Assembly: GCA_965248535.1 (NCBI GenBank)
Contig: CBDFJR010000005.1
Coordinates: forward strand, 800,001 to 864,000
DNA: 64,000 bases
Origin: Phormidesmis sp.
Lineage (GTDB): Bacteria; Cyanobacteriota; Cyanobacteriia; Leptolyngbyales; Leptolyngbyaceae
Direction: 5' to 3'
The translations under genes were made by a program, and so were the position numbers. Below the pieces are notes generated by a model. It was not told the DNA's origin. It saw nothing but the letters and a program-made list of their open reading frames with translations, and did not search any database. Positions within the stretch are counted from its first letter, which is position 1, and the number at the start of each line of letters is the position of its first letter. Positions 39,719-48,656 of the stretch are shown piece by piece.

Positions 39719-40098
39719 GGCTCTCTAGACCCTTTAACCCTAAGCACCTGCTGGCAGGAGCCGCCGCACTGCTGGCATTAGGGCTGTTTGTTGACCTGCG
39801 AAGCTTTCCATCGTGGGGCACAAAATCGGGTGCCGATCTCTGCCCATCAAGCGCATCTTCCCAGGGCAAACTGACCGAGCAACAGGTGGCTAAACTGTTG
39901 ACCGTGGCAGAAGGCGATCAAAAAACCAAAATTCGGGAAATTGCACGGGAGCCTGCTTGCAAATTGCCAAGTTTGCAGGTGCGAGCCGGATCGATCGCTG
40001 AACGAGAAGTCTATGGGCTAAAATTTGACCCACAAACGTGGATTGTGGTTCTCTATGAAGGTGATCAGTATGCAGGCTATAAATTCCGGCTGCGCTAG
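39715..40098 (+). CDS. Hypothetical membrane-anchored periplasmic protein with two Cys
   Basis: ATGA overlap with the upstream gene; N-terminal hydrophobic segment. Confidence 0.7.
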   Translation: MRLSRPFNPKHLLAGAAALLALGLFVDLRSFPSWGTKSGADLCPSSASSQGKLTEQQVAKLLTVAEGDQKTKIREIAREPACKLPSLQVRAGSIAEREVYGLKFDPQTWIVVLYEGDQYAGYKFRLR

Positions 40099-40552
40099 GG
40101 CAAGACTGCTACTCTTCGGCACATCGCTGATTTGGACATCGCTTTTTTTAAGTAGCTGCGCGTCTCAACCCGCTGATCCACCCCCGATCGACCTCCAGCT
40201 ATTTCAAAAATGGCAACTGCAACCCGGAGATACGATCGCGGGCTACACCGTCTTGGGCGGGTTGGGAGATATCTCGATCGCGCTCAGGGGCAGTCCGGCC
40301 TATGCCCCTTTTGATGGTGAAGCGCAGATAGACAAGCGTGGCTGTGTTTTCTTTTCGACCGCAGAAATTCCGGCTTACAAATTTCGGTTTTGTGGGCTAA
40401 ACGCGCCCCACCTCGGACAACTGAGACAAGGCGAGACGATCGGCAAAGGTGACACGATGCAGTTTGCCGCGCTTCGCAAACAGCCAGACGGCACTTGGGC
40501 GATCGTAGAACCTGCCAAAGGCATTTTAGAACGGACGCTCAAACCCTCGTGA
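40070..40552 (+). CDS. Hypothetical lipoprotein, possibly a degenerate M23/LytM-like fold
   Basis: LFLSSC lipobox; YAPFDG and LRQGETIG segments; start uncertain (40025/40055/40070). Confidence 0.6.
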   Translation: MQAINSGCARARLLLFGTSLIWTSLFLSSCASQPADPPPIDLQLFQKWQLQPGDTIAGYTVLGGLGDISIALRGSPAYAPFDGEAQIDKRGCVFFSTAEIPAYKFRFCGLNAPHLGQLRQGETIGKGDTMQFAALRKQPDGTWAIVEPAKGILERTLKPS

Positions 40553-40563
40553 CCTGGGTAGAG

Positions 40564-41367
40564 TTAAAACTCGCGAATAGAGAAAATTAGCGACGCGATC
40601 GTCAGCACGAGAATGATGTAAATCAGCGCATACAGCCCGTTTCCCAGCAGCACTTCAGAGCTGGGAATTAGATGATAAGCTGCCTGATTTTTGAGATCTA
40701 GCCGAGCCAGATCGGGCAGCACGAAATAAAGCCCCTGCGTGACTGACTCGATCGCCGGATTTTTTGTCAACTTGCCCAGCGTCACCAGATCGCGACTAAG
40801 TTGACCCATGAGATAAACTGCAACCGTAAACAAGATCGCTAGCAGAGAGCTTGTAAACACCCCAAACCCAATGGCCACGGCTGTGATCAGCGATAGCTGC
40901 AAAAACAAAAAGCTCGAAGAAATCACGATATCGCGCCCTGAAAAAGGCACTTGATAGACCGACAGCACCCCCAGCGCGATCGCGGTCATCGCGACCACCA
41001 GCACCGCCAACACCGCCGATAGCCCCCAGTGTTTACCCACGATAAACTCGGTGCGGCTGACGGGTTTAGCAATCAAGACAAAAACGGTGCGTTTTTCGAT
41101 CTCTTTGTTGACCAACCCTGTGCCCACAAAGACGGCGATCAGCAAGCCTAGAACGCTCATGGCTGCCAAGCTCAGATCCAGCAAGATTTTTTTCTCAGTG
41201 GTGGCGGCGATTTCGGGCAACAGCCGCCCGGCCAGAATCAATGCCAACCCATAGAAGCCGATCAGATAGAGAATGCGATCGCGAATCACTTCTCTAAAAA
41301 CATTCATCGCGATCGTCACCACTCTACTCAGGGTGCCGCCCACGCTAACAACAGTCTGCTGATTCAT
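40564..41367 (-). CDS. fraE: FraE, ABC-2 type permease-like filament integrity protein
   Basis: NVFREVIRDRILY and KEIEKRT...KPVSR motifs; third gene after fraC and fraD. Confidence 0.75.
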   Translation of the reverse strand: MNQQTVVSVGGTLSRVVTIAMNVFREVIRDRILYLIGFYGLALILAGRLLPEIAATTEKKILLDLSLAAMSVLGLLIAVFVGTGLVNKEIEKRTVFVLIAKPVSRTEFIVGKHWGLSAVLAVLVVAMTAIALGVLSVYQVPFSGRDIVISSSFLFLQLSLITAVAIGFGVFTSSLLAILFTVAVYLMGQLSRDLVTLGKLTKNPAIESVTQGLYFVLPDLARLDLKNQAAYHLIPSSEVLLGNGLYALIYIILVLTIASLIFSIREF

Positions 41368-41375
41368 AAAAATCC

Positions 41376-42389
41376 TTAAATGGGCGTTTGGGGAGGAATC
41401 GGCTGCGGCTTGCTAGATGCCTGACATTTAACGGTGCCGATCGTGGGCGATCGCGGCACCGATTTTCCCGATGAGATCACCTCAAAATCAGCAGGCGGCC
41501 CGGCTTTGTGCCCTTGACTAATCTGACACGCCTTCGTGACGTAATAGCCTTCAGTCTTAGCGCTCGGCCCCTGCCAGATGGCTTGCAGTTCTAAAACATA
41601 TTGGGTGTCAGGCAGCACTCGCCCGCGTAGATCCCAGAGAGTGTTCTCAGTCCGACGGGTCATTTTTGCCTGCGCGTCGGCAGCTAGTTTTGAGATTTCT
41701 TGATTCAACTGTTCTGGCGAGAGCCAGCGTTCTACCTCTGCCCAAGGCTTACCTTCTAAGCGAGTTTTCAAGCTTTGCTCGGCGGCATCTAACAGGTTAA
41801 TGCCTTTGACATCAGGCTGCCTTTCGGGATATAGCTCGACCACAAAAGCGCTGCGCCTAAAATCGTCAGAGCGAATGGTGGGATAGGCGATCAGCCAATC
41901 TTGCAGCAAGAAATGCAGTTGAAACCAGCAGCTAATCACCAAATTGCTCAAGAGCATCAAAATGATATCTTGGCGATCGCCAGGCTTGGGAATGGCATAG
42001 GTCGGCGTTTTCTTCTTAGAGTCAGTTTTGATAAACCGAGGAACCGCCCACAGCAGCGCTGAAACCGGAGGCCAGCTAATAAAAGAAGCCGGGGTCGGGG
42101 TGCCGTTCCAACTGCCAAACAGCCAGAGACACACGATCGCGCCTACAATCCACGGCCCGGTAAACAGCCCGCCAAAGGTCAGCTTTTTCTTAACCGCGCC
42201 ATCGTAGGTAAACCACCAAACGCTGGTCACCAAAAACAGCCAGCCAAAGTTTGCAATGATGGGCTGAATGGGCGGATTGGTGATGCTGGCTACAATCACC
42301 GAAAACACGCTCAGGCAGATCAAAGTTTGCCAAGAGGCCCAGCCAGGAGCCTGCAAGCTCTTCCGAATTTGGTCAAAAAAAGTGATCAT
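41376..42389 (-). CDS. fraD: Septal junction protein FraD (DUF5357)
   Basis: SWQTLICLS, about 5 TM segments, SCWFQLHFLLQDWL, periplasmic C-domain with WQGPS and Cys residues. Confidence 0.8.
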   Translation of the reverse strand: MITFFDQIRKSLQAPGWASWQTLICLSVFSVIVASITNPPIQPIIANFGWLFLVTSVWWFTYDGAVKKKLTFGGLFTGPWIVGAIVCLWLFGSWNGTPTPASFISWPPVSALLWAVPRFIKTDSKKKTPTYAIPKPGDRQDIILMLLSNLVISCWFQLHFLLQDWLIAYPTIRSDDFRRSAFVVELYPERQPDVKGINLLDAAEQSLKTRLEGKPWAEVERWLSPEQLNQEISKLAADAQAKMTRRTENTLWDLRGRVLPDTQYVLELQAIWQGPSAKTEGYYVTKACQISQGHKAGPPADFEVISSGKSVPRSPTIGTVKCQASSKPQPIPPQTPI

Positions 42390-42431
42390 GATGCCGATGA
42401 AAAAGGTCTAGACGGTAAGCTATGAGAGGGT

Positions 42432-42965
42432 TTAGAGCATGGGGTCAAAAAGCAGGCGCAGCCCAATCAGCAGCGTGATAGCGCTAAAGCTAATGGCATT
42501 TGCCCACAAAACCGCTAGCGGACGGTTAGGCACATTGGCAAAAGCGGCTCGCTGCCCTCGCTTGCCTTGAAACTTGGCGACGGCTTTGGCTTCGGTTTCT
42601 GCATCTTTTTTCAGTCCGAGCAGCAGTTCTAGCCAGGTGATCGCTTCAAGTTTGACTAAAAAAGTGGCGATGAAGCTGACAAACGCCAGCCCGATCAGCA
42701 GCGGAGGGTTGGTGGTCAGATCAAAAAAGATATAGCTGATTAGCTGTGAGCGTAGCTCAGGTGACAGCAGTGGCTCGGTGACAAAAAAGAGCATCCAGCC
42801 AATCACGGTTGACAGGAGATTGGTTGTCGCCGCAAATTGAATGCTGATTTTGCGCTCAAGGCCCAAGCGGCTTCGCAGCACCATCGATTCTAGAGCGATC
42901 GCGGTCACCAAAAACAAAAGTTGAAACAGAACCGCTCGCAGAGGCAAGACATCAAAAAAGGGCAT
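42432..42965 (-). CDS. fraC: Filament integrity protein FraC
   Basis: LPLRAVLFQLLFLVTAIALES, NLLSTVIGW and AVLWANAISFSAI segments; about 177 aa, first gene of the operon. Confidence 0.82.
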   Translation of the reverse strand: MPFFDVLPLRAVLFQLLFLVTAIALESMVLRSRLGLERKISIQFAATTNLLSTVIGWMLFFVTEPLLSPELRSQLISYIFFDLTTNPPLLIGLAFVSFIATFLVKLEAITWLELLLGLKKDAETEAKAVAKFQGKRGQRAAFANVPNRPLAVLWANAISFSAITLLIGLRLLFDPML

Positions 42966-43075
42966 GGTCACCAGAAGAGTAGGACGATCGCTCTGAGCTT
43001 CGCAAAGCAAATCAGCACCGTGATCACAGACGATTTTACGTTCAGTCGGCTCATCTGCACAGAAAGTTTTGCGAT

Positions 43076-43466
43076 TTGGGCGGTGGTAAGCAGGATAACC
43101 GACACTTTATAGCCCATAGTGAGAGAATTGCTGGTCAGGAAATCTTCAAAAGCAACTCTGTTAAAGATGCTGTCGTGGTTGCCTGGTATGTCAAGCCAGG
43201 TCAAGAGATTCCGGCGCATTCCGGCGCACTTCCATCCCGATGGGCAAGACACTTGGACAATTTTATCGGGAGCAGGCACTTATTTTCTAGACACCGCAGG
43301 CACTACCCAGGCGATCGCCGCCGGAGATGTGGTGATTGCCCCGATCGGCTGCGTGCACGGGGTGATAAATCAGGAGGATCAGCCGTTGGTGTTTATTTCG
43401 GTCGTATCTCCCGCCGAGGCAGGCTATCAAAGGGTTTCAGCAGACGATGCAATTGCCCTGCATTAG
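43076..43466 (+). pseudogene. Cupin-domain gene disrupted by a 10-bp tandem duplication
   Basis: ATTCCGGCGC x2 (43208-43227) splits DAVVVAWYVKPGQEIPAH from FHPDGQDTWTILSG...VHGVIN. Confidence 0.8.
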
Positions 43467-43612
43467 ACGTTCTGCATCCATTCCGGGTCGCCTCATTTTG
43501 AATGCCCAACTTCACTACTAAACCCCTTTGAGCTTGTCGTCTCAATCGCCGTAGATGTCAAACAACAGGCAGAGGCGCGGTATACTCCGGTGGAGTTAAT
43601 TGCTGAGAAAAC

Positions 43613-44998
43613 ATGGTAGCGGTAGCAATCTTGGCGGCTGGACGAGGGACGCGCATGAAATCGGACTTGCCTAAAGTCCTGCACTGCTTAGGGAGTCGAT
43701 CGCTGGTTGAGCGCGTGTTAGATGGGACGGCTGACATCAACCCTGAGCGACGATTGGTGATTGTGGGCTATCGAGGCGAACTCATCAAAGAGGCGATGAC
43801 TAGCCAGGGCGATCGCTATGCTGGGGTGGAATTTGTTGAGCAGACCGAGCAGTTGGGCACTGGGCACGCCATTCAACAATTGCTGTCGCCCCTAAAAGGG
43901 TTTGAAGGCAGCTTGCTGGTCTTAAATGGCGACGTGCCGCTATTGCGACCGACAACGCTACGACGATTGCTAGAAACTCATCAAGAGCACAACAACGCCG
44001 CGACAATTTTAACGGCTCAAGTGCCAAACCCCAAGGGCTATGGACGAGTATTTTGTGATGGAAACAATATCCTTACTCAGATTGTAGAAGATCGCGATTG
44101 CAGCCCTGCTCAAACCCAAAATCGGCGCGTCAACGCTGGCATTTATTGCTTTCGCTGGCGAGATTTAGCGGCGGTGTTGCCCAACTTGACGAGCAATAAT
44201 GATCAGCAAGAATATTATCTGACCGATGCGGTCAACTATCTCAACCCGGTGATGACCGTAGACGTTGATGACTATCAAGAAATTTTGGGCATCAACGATC
44301 GTCAGCAGTTGGCCACCGCTTACGGAATTTTGCAAACCCGCATTAAAAACGATTGGATGGCACGAGGCGTGACGCTAATTGACCCAGACAGCATCACGAT
44401 CGAAGACACCGTTCACCTCGAAGCCGATGTGGTGATTGAGCCTCAGACGCATTTGCGAGGCGAAACCGTCATTCAAACCAAGAGCCGCATCGGCCCCGGC
44501 AGCCTGATCGAAAATAGCCAGATCGGGGAGAACGTCACGGTTCTGTTTTCGGTCGTGACAGATAGTGTGGTCAAGTCTGGCTCTCGCGTTGGCCCCTATG
44601 CCCATTTGCGGGGTCATGCCGAAGTGGGGGCAAACTGTCGGATTGGCAATTTTGTAGAGTTAAAAAATTCTGCGTTGGGCGATCGCACCAATGCCTCTCA
44701 CTTGTCTTATTTGGGGGATGCCACGATCGGGTCTCACGTCAACATCGGCGGCGGCACCATCACCGCTAACTATGATGGCGTGAAAAAGCACCGCACGACG
44801 ATCGGCGATCGTAGCAAAACTGGAGTTAATAATGCGCTCATTGCGCCCCTCACCATTGGCGAAGATGTAACAATCGCGGCAGGTTCAACCATCAGTGAAG
44901 ATGTGCCTAACGACTGTTTGGCGATCGCCCGATCGCGGCAGGTGATCAAGTTGGGGTGGCGCATGAAGTCGCGATCGTCAGAGAATTCCGATCAATAG
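43613..44998 (+). CDS. glmU: Bifunctional UDP-GlcNAc pyrophosphorylase/glucosamine-1-P acetyltransferase
   Basis: [39 protein letters not shown] and NYDG motifs. Confidence 0.98.
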   Translation: MVAVAILAAGRGTRMKSDLPKVLHCLGSRSLVERVLDGTADINPERRLVIVGYRGELIKEAMTSQGDRYAGVEFVEQTEQLGTGHAIQQLLSPLKGFEGSLLVLNGDVPLLRPTTLRRLLETHQEHNNAATILTAQVPNPKGYGRVFCDGNNILTQIVEDRDCSPAQTQNRRVNAGIYCFRWRDLAAVLPNLTSNNDQQEYYLTDAVNYLNPVMTVDVDDYQEILGINDRQQLATAYGILQTRIKNDWMARGVTLIDPDSITIEDTVHLEADVVIEPQTHLRGETVIQTKSRIGPGSLIENSQIGENVTVLFSVVTDSVVKSGSRVGPYAHLRGHAEVGANCRIGNFVELKNSALGDRTNASHLSYLGDATIGSHVNIGGGTITANYDGVKKHRTTIGDRSKTGVNNALIAPLTIGEDVTIAAGSTISEDVPNDCLAIARSRQVIKLGWRMKSRSSENSDQ

Positions 44999-45000
44999 CA

Positions 45001-45150
45001 GTAAAGGAAGTCCGTGAGTTTCCCGGCTGGTTGAGATTTCTAGAACGTTCAAGCAGTTCCAGATGATGACATGGTTGTAGAGTGTGCAGTAGTCGGTAAT
45101 GCAACTCACATCGTTACCAATAAGTATCAAAAGTTACTTTCCGTCGTACA
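45001..45150 (+). pseudogene. Degenerate fragment of a PIN-domain (VapC-like) toxin gene
   Basis: From 45053 reads AVPDDDMVVECAVVGNATHIVTNKYQKLLS, matching the PIN D-D...ECA...IVT-D/N...LL motif; upstream part is frameshifted. Confidence 0.65.
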
Positions 45151-45195
45151 ACTTCACCGTTCTCAAAGCCGATCAAGAGGCCGAAAATAGCAGGA

Positions 45196-45795
45196 TTACG
45201 GCGAGGGTAATTTAATCGGAATATTGAGTTTGTTCGACAGAAATTTTGTGCATTCCAGCACATCAGCAGCGCGATCGAGTTGTTGGATAATCGGAAAAAT
45301 CATACTCAACACCGCCAAAAAATAGGCTTTAATTCTCTGAGGCTTACGGCGATAAACTACTTTGATTTCGGCTTGCAGATCTTCGAGATAGACGATCGCT
45401 AGCTCACGTCTGGCGCTTGGAAGTTGATCGACAGTCTCTTTAAGCTGATCTAGCGCCTTAAGAATCGCAGGCATGTCTTGGGCAAAACTCTGCTCAACGT
45501 CAGGGTTAGGATTGGTTTCAGCCGCCTCATTAGCCGAGTTGGACGCTGGCTCAGAGCCTGCTCGATCGAGGGCAGCTTTCCCATCTTCGGTCAGATAAGC
45601 TCGGACGATTTGGAACTCTTTCGTCTTATTGTCAAAAACTTTCGCCGCTTTGAGATAGCCATCTTCTGCCATCGTGTCGAGATAATATCGCAGCATTTGC
45701 ATCGACGTTCCGAGAGCTTGGGCGATGCTGTCTCCTGAGCTATGTCCAGCATCAATGATTTGCAGAATTTTAATTTGCTTCTCGTTTAAGGGCAT
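45196..45795 (-). CDS. Hypothetical protein with N-terminal winged helix-turn-helix
   Basis: LNEKQIKILQII...IAQALG...YYLDTMAEDGYL...YLTEDGK. Confidence 0.65.
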   Translation of the reverse strand: MPLNEKQIKILQIIDAGHSSGDSIAQALGTSMQMLRYYLDTMAEDGYLKAAKVFDNKTKEFQIVRAYLTEDGKAALDRAGSEPASNSANEAAETNPNPDVEQSFAQDMPAILKALDQLKETVDQLPSARRELAIVYLEDLQAEIKVVYRRKPQRIKAYFLAVLSMIFPIIQQLDRAADVLECTKFLSNKLNIPIKLPSP

Positions 45796-45855
45796 GAATT
45801 TGTGGCGGCTACGATCGAGATGCTCATCTTAACTGAGTTTCGGTCAGCGGTTTGT

Positions 45856-46413
45856 CTAAGACCGCACTGACCCAGCGTTGCAGTCTCTCAACCAGGTCTG
45901 CACCGCTTGCCCAACGCTGCCTTGACTGCTGTCTCGCGGCGGCGTGGTCGGTTGTCCGGGAGGCGCTCCGGTGCGCGTAAACATCAGCGCCAATCGCCAA
46001 CCGCTTTTAGTTTTAGTCAAAAACAGCCAGTGAAACTGCTGAATCTCGATCGCGCTGCCTGCCGTGTTTTGTCGTTCTAGAGTCGTGATGAAAACTTGAC
46101 GCAAATCTGAGGCGTTTTGCGGAGAGGGAATCGTCGAAAAAGTACCAGAAGTCAGGGGCAAGGGCACAAATTCGGGTCTACCTGCGGTGATCACCGAGTT
46201 GAGCGCAGAAATCGCTGGGTAGCGCGATCGCGAGCGCACCATCACCCGATTGGCATAGCTGGGCAAATCTCGCAGCATCAGCACCGTCAACGGCTCCACC
46301 TCGGCTGGGCAGACGTGAATCGTTTTGGGTCTAGACAAGGCTGCCTGCGAAGCGATCGTGCCACTCCACCACCCCATCATCATCAGCCCGATCGCCAGAA
46401 GTTTTTTCACCAT
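45856..46413 (-). CDS. Conserved-looking secreted hypothetical protein
   Basis: Signal peptide; LRDLPSYANRV, FITTLERQ and WLRDC segments; abuts pyrF. Confidence 0.7.
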   Translation of the reverse strand: MVKKLLAIGLMMMGWWSGTIASQAALSRPKTIHVCPAEVEPLTVLMLRDLPSYANRVMVRSRSRYPAISALNSVITAGRPEFVPLPLTSGTFSTIPSPQNASDLRQVFITTLERQNTAGSAIEIQQFHWLFLTKTKSGWRLALMFTRTGAPPGQPTTPPRDSSQGSVGQAVQTWLRDCNAGSVRS

Positions 46414-47124
46414 TTAGCTCAGTTCTTGACAGACCCGATCGAAGGCCGCAACTGGATCGATCGCCGCCGTAATCGGACGGCCAATCACCAGATAGTTAGC
46501 TCCCGCTTTTAAGGCTGCCGCAGGAGTCATGACCCGTTTTTGGTCTCCGGCTTCTGCCCAAGTAGGTCTCACCCCCGGACACACCAGCGTAAAATCAGCG
46601 CCGCAGCTTTGCCGCAGTTGAGCCACCTCGTGAGGCGAACAGACTGCACCCGCCAACCCGCTTGATTGGGCCAATAGCGCCATTTGCAGCGCATAGTCTG
46701 GCAACTCTAGGGGAACTTTCAACTCAAACGCCAAACTGCGGGAAGAAAGGCTCGTCAGCAGCGTGATCGCAATCAGCTTTGGAGCGGATAACTCGGCTTG
46801 CTCGGCGCTGGCTTGCATCGCAGATTGGGCAAGTTGCAGCCCCTCTTTGCCACAGGTGGCGTGAATCGTCAGCAAATCAACACCATAGCGGGCGGCGGCG
46901 GCACAAGCTCCGGCGATCGTGTTGGGAATATCGTGAAACTTGAGGTCTAAAAAAATCCGCTTCTGTCGCTCTTTGAGAATCTTCAAAATCGAGGGGCCGC
47001 TGCTGACAAATAATTCCAGCCCAACCTTCCAAAAGGTGACGCGTGGAAGTTTTTCGATCAAAGCGATCGCTGCTGCTTCCGAAGCAACGTCAAGCGGCAC
47101 AATAATGCAATCAGAAACGGGCAT
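46414..47124 (-). CDS. pyrF: Orotidine-5'-phosphate decarboxylase
   Basis: [25 protein letters not shown] and VIGRPIT motifs. Confidence 0.97.
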   Translation of the reverse strand: MPVSDCIIVPLDVASEAAAIALIEKLPRVTFWKVGLELFVSSGPSILKILKERQKRIFLDLKFHDIPNTIAGACAAAARYGVDLLTIHATCGKEGLQLAQSAMQASAEQAELSAPKLIAITLLTSLSSRSLAFELKVPLELPDYALQMALLAQSSGLAGAVCSPHEVAQLRQSCGADFTLVCPGVRPTWAEAGDQKRVMTPAAALKAGANYLVIGRPITAAIDPVAAFDRVCQELS

Positions 47125-47128
47125 AGGT

Positions 47129-48361
47129 TTAGGCTACAAATCGCACAAATTTATTTTTGCCAAGCTGAAGAACCTTGCCGATCAAGTCATCAGGAGACTC
47201 AAAGGTGAGGTCAACTTCAGCCACTTTGTCACCGTCTAATCTAACTGCGCCGCCTTGAATTTGCCGACGGGCATCAGAGCTAGTCTTGCACAAACCACTG
47301 GCGCTAACTAGATAGAAAACCTTAGCGGGAAATTGAATCGACGCTAGTGAAAATTCTGGAACTACATCAGTTTCGGCAGTACCGCCTCGAACCAGTTCAC
47401 CAGCCGCTTTCTGGGATTCTAGCGCCGCTTCTCTACCGTGATATTGGCTAACGATTTCTAAGGCGAGAAGTTTTTGACGATCGCGCGCTCCTTCGGGCAA
47501 TTGATCCAACGATAGATCGGTTAGCAACTCAAAATACTGCTCGATCAGCGCATCAGGAGTTTTCTCTAGCTTTGAATACATACTCAGCGCATCTTCCGAC
47601 AAACCCACATAGTTGCCGAGCGACTTTGACATTTTTTGAACGCCATCCGTCCCGATCAGGATCGGCATCAACAGTCCAAACTGCGGAGTTTGCCCAAAAT
47701 GTCGCTGCAAATCTCGCCCAACTGCCAGGTTAAACTTCTGATCGGTGCCGCCTAGCTCCACATCAGACTGAACGGCGACCGAATCATAACCCTGCATTAA
47801 CGGGTAGAGAAACTCGTGTAGATAAATCGCCGACCCTTGCTTATAGCGCTCTGCAAACCCTTCTTTAGCCAACATCTGGCCAACCGTCATCGTCGCCAAT
47901 AGCTCTAGGGTTTTGGGCAGGTCAAGTTTTGATAACCACTCCGAGTTATAGCGAACTTCTAACCGTCCGGGGGTGTCAAAATCCAAAATAGGGCGCACCT
48001 GCTTAAGATAGGTCTCAGCGTTGGCGGCAACTTGCTCTTCGGTCAACTGCTTGCGAACTTCTGACTTGCCCGTCGGGTCACCAATGCGGGCAGTGAAATC
48101 ACCAATGATCACCACGGCCGTATGACCTGCATCCTGAAACGATCGCAGCTTTCTGAATAGAATGCTATGACCCAGATGAATGTCAGTGCCCGTGGGATCA
48201 ATGCCCAACTTGATTCGCAAGGGACGAGCAGCCTGGCTGCCAGAAACCCCTTCGCGCTGAGTCAACCGCCGCTCTAAATTTTCATCCGGGTTATCAGACT
48301 CAGGTTGATGGGGGAAAATTTCGTGAATGCCCCGATGCAGCCAGGGGAAGGAGTTAGACAT
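47129..48361 (-). CDS. tyrS: Tyrosine--tRNA ligase
   Basis: [32 protein letters not shown]4-like C-terminus. Confidence 0.97.
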   Translation of the reverse strand: MSNSFPWLHRGIHEIFPHQPESDNPDENLERRLTQREGVSGSQAARPLRIKLGIDPTGTDIHLGHSILFRKLRSFQDAGHTAVVIIGDFTARIGDPTGKSEVRKQLTEEQVAANAETYLKQVRPILDFDTPGRLEVRYNSEWLSKLDLPKTLELLATMTVGQMLAKEGFAERYKQGSAIYLHEFLYPLMQGYDSVAVQSDVELGGTDQKFNLAVGRDLQRHFGQTPQFGLLMPILIGTDGVQKMSKSLGNYVGLSEDALSMYSKLEKTPDALIEQYFELLTDLSLDQLPEGARDRQKLLALEIVSQYHGREAALESQKAAGELVRGGTAETDVVPEFSLASIQFPAKVFYLVSASGLCKTSSDARRQIQGGAVRLDGDKVAEVDLTFESPDDLIGKVLQLGKNKFVRFVA

Positions 48362-48656
48362 AGGAAGCGCGATCGACAAAAAACTAGATTAACTATCCGT
48401 CTCGCTACAGGTGCAGACCAGCTAAAATTCAGACTCTCATCAGTCAGCCTACTATAATTAGGGTCAGCTTCGACTCAGAAAACTCGCGTCTAGTCTCAAC
48501 TCTGCTCATAAACTTGGTTCACTTTGGCAAGTGTCCACTATCCTACTAAGGTCACTTTGGCAAAAATATAGCGAAAGCAGCGTTTACGTCCTTCAGCCTT
48601 TTCTAGAAATTAGTTCATAAGAAACCGTTTCACCTTTTATTTAAAGAGAGAGCGTC

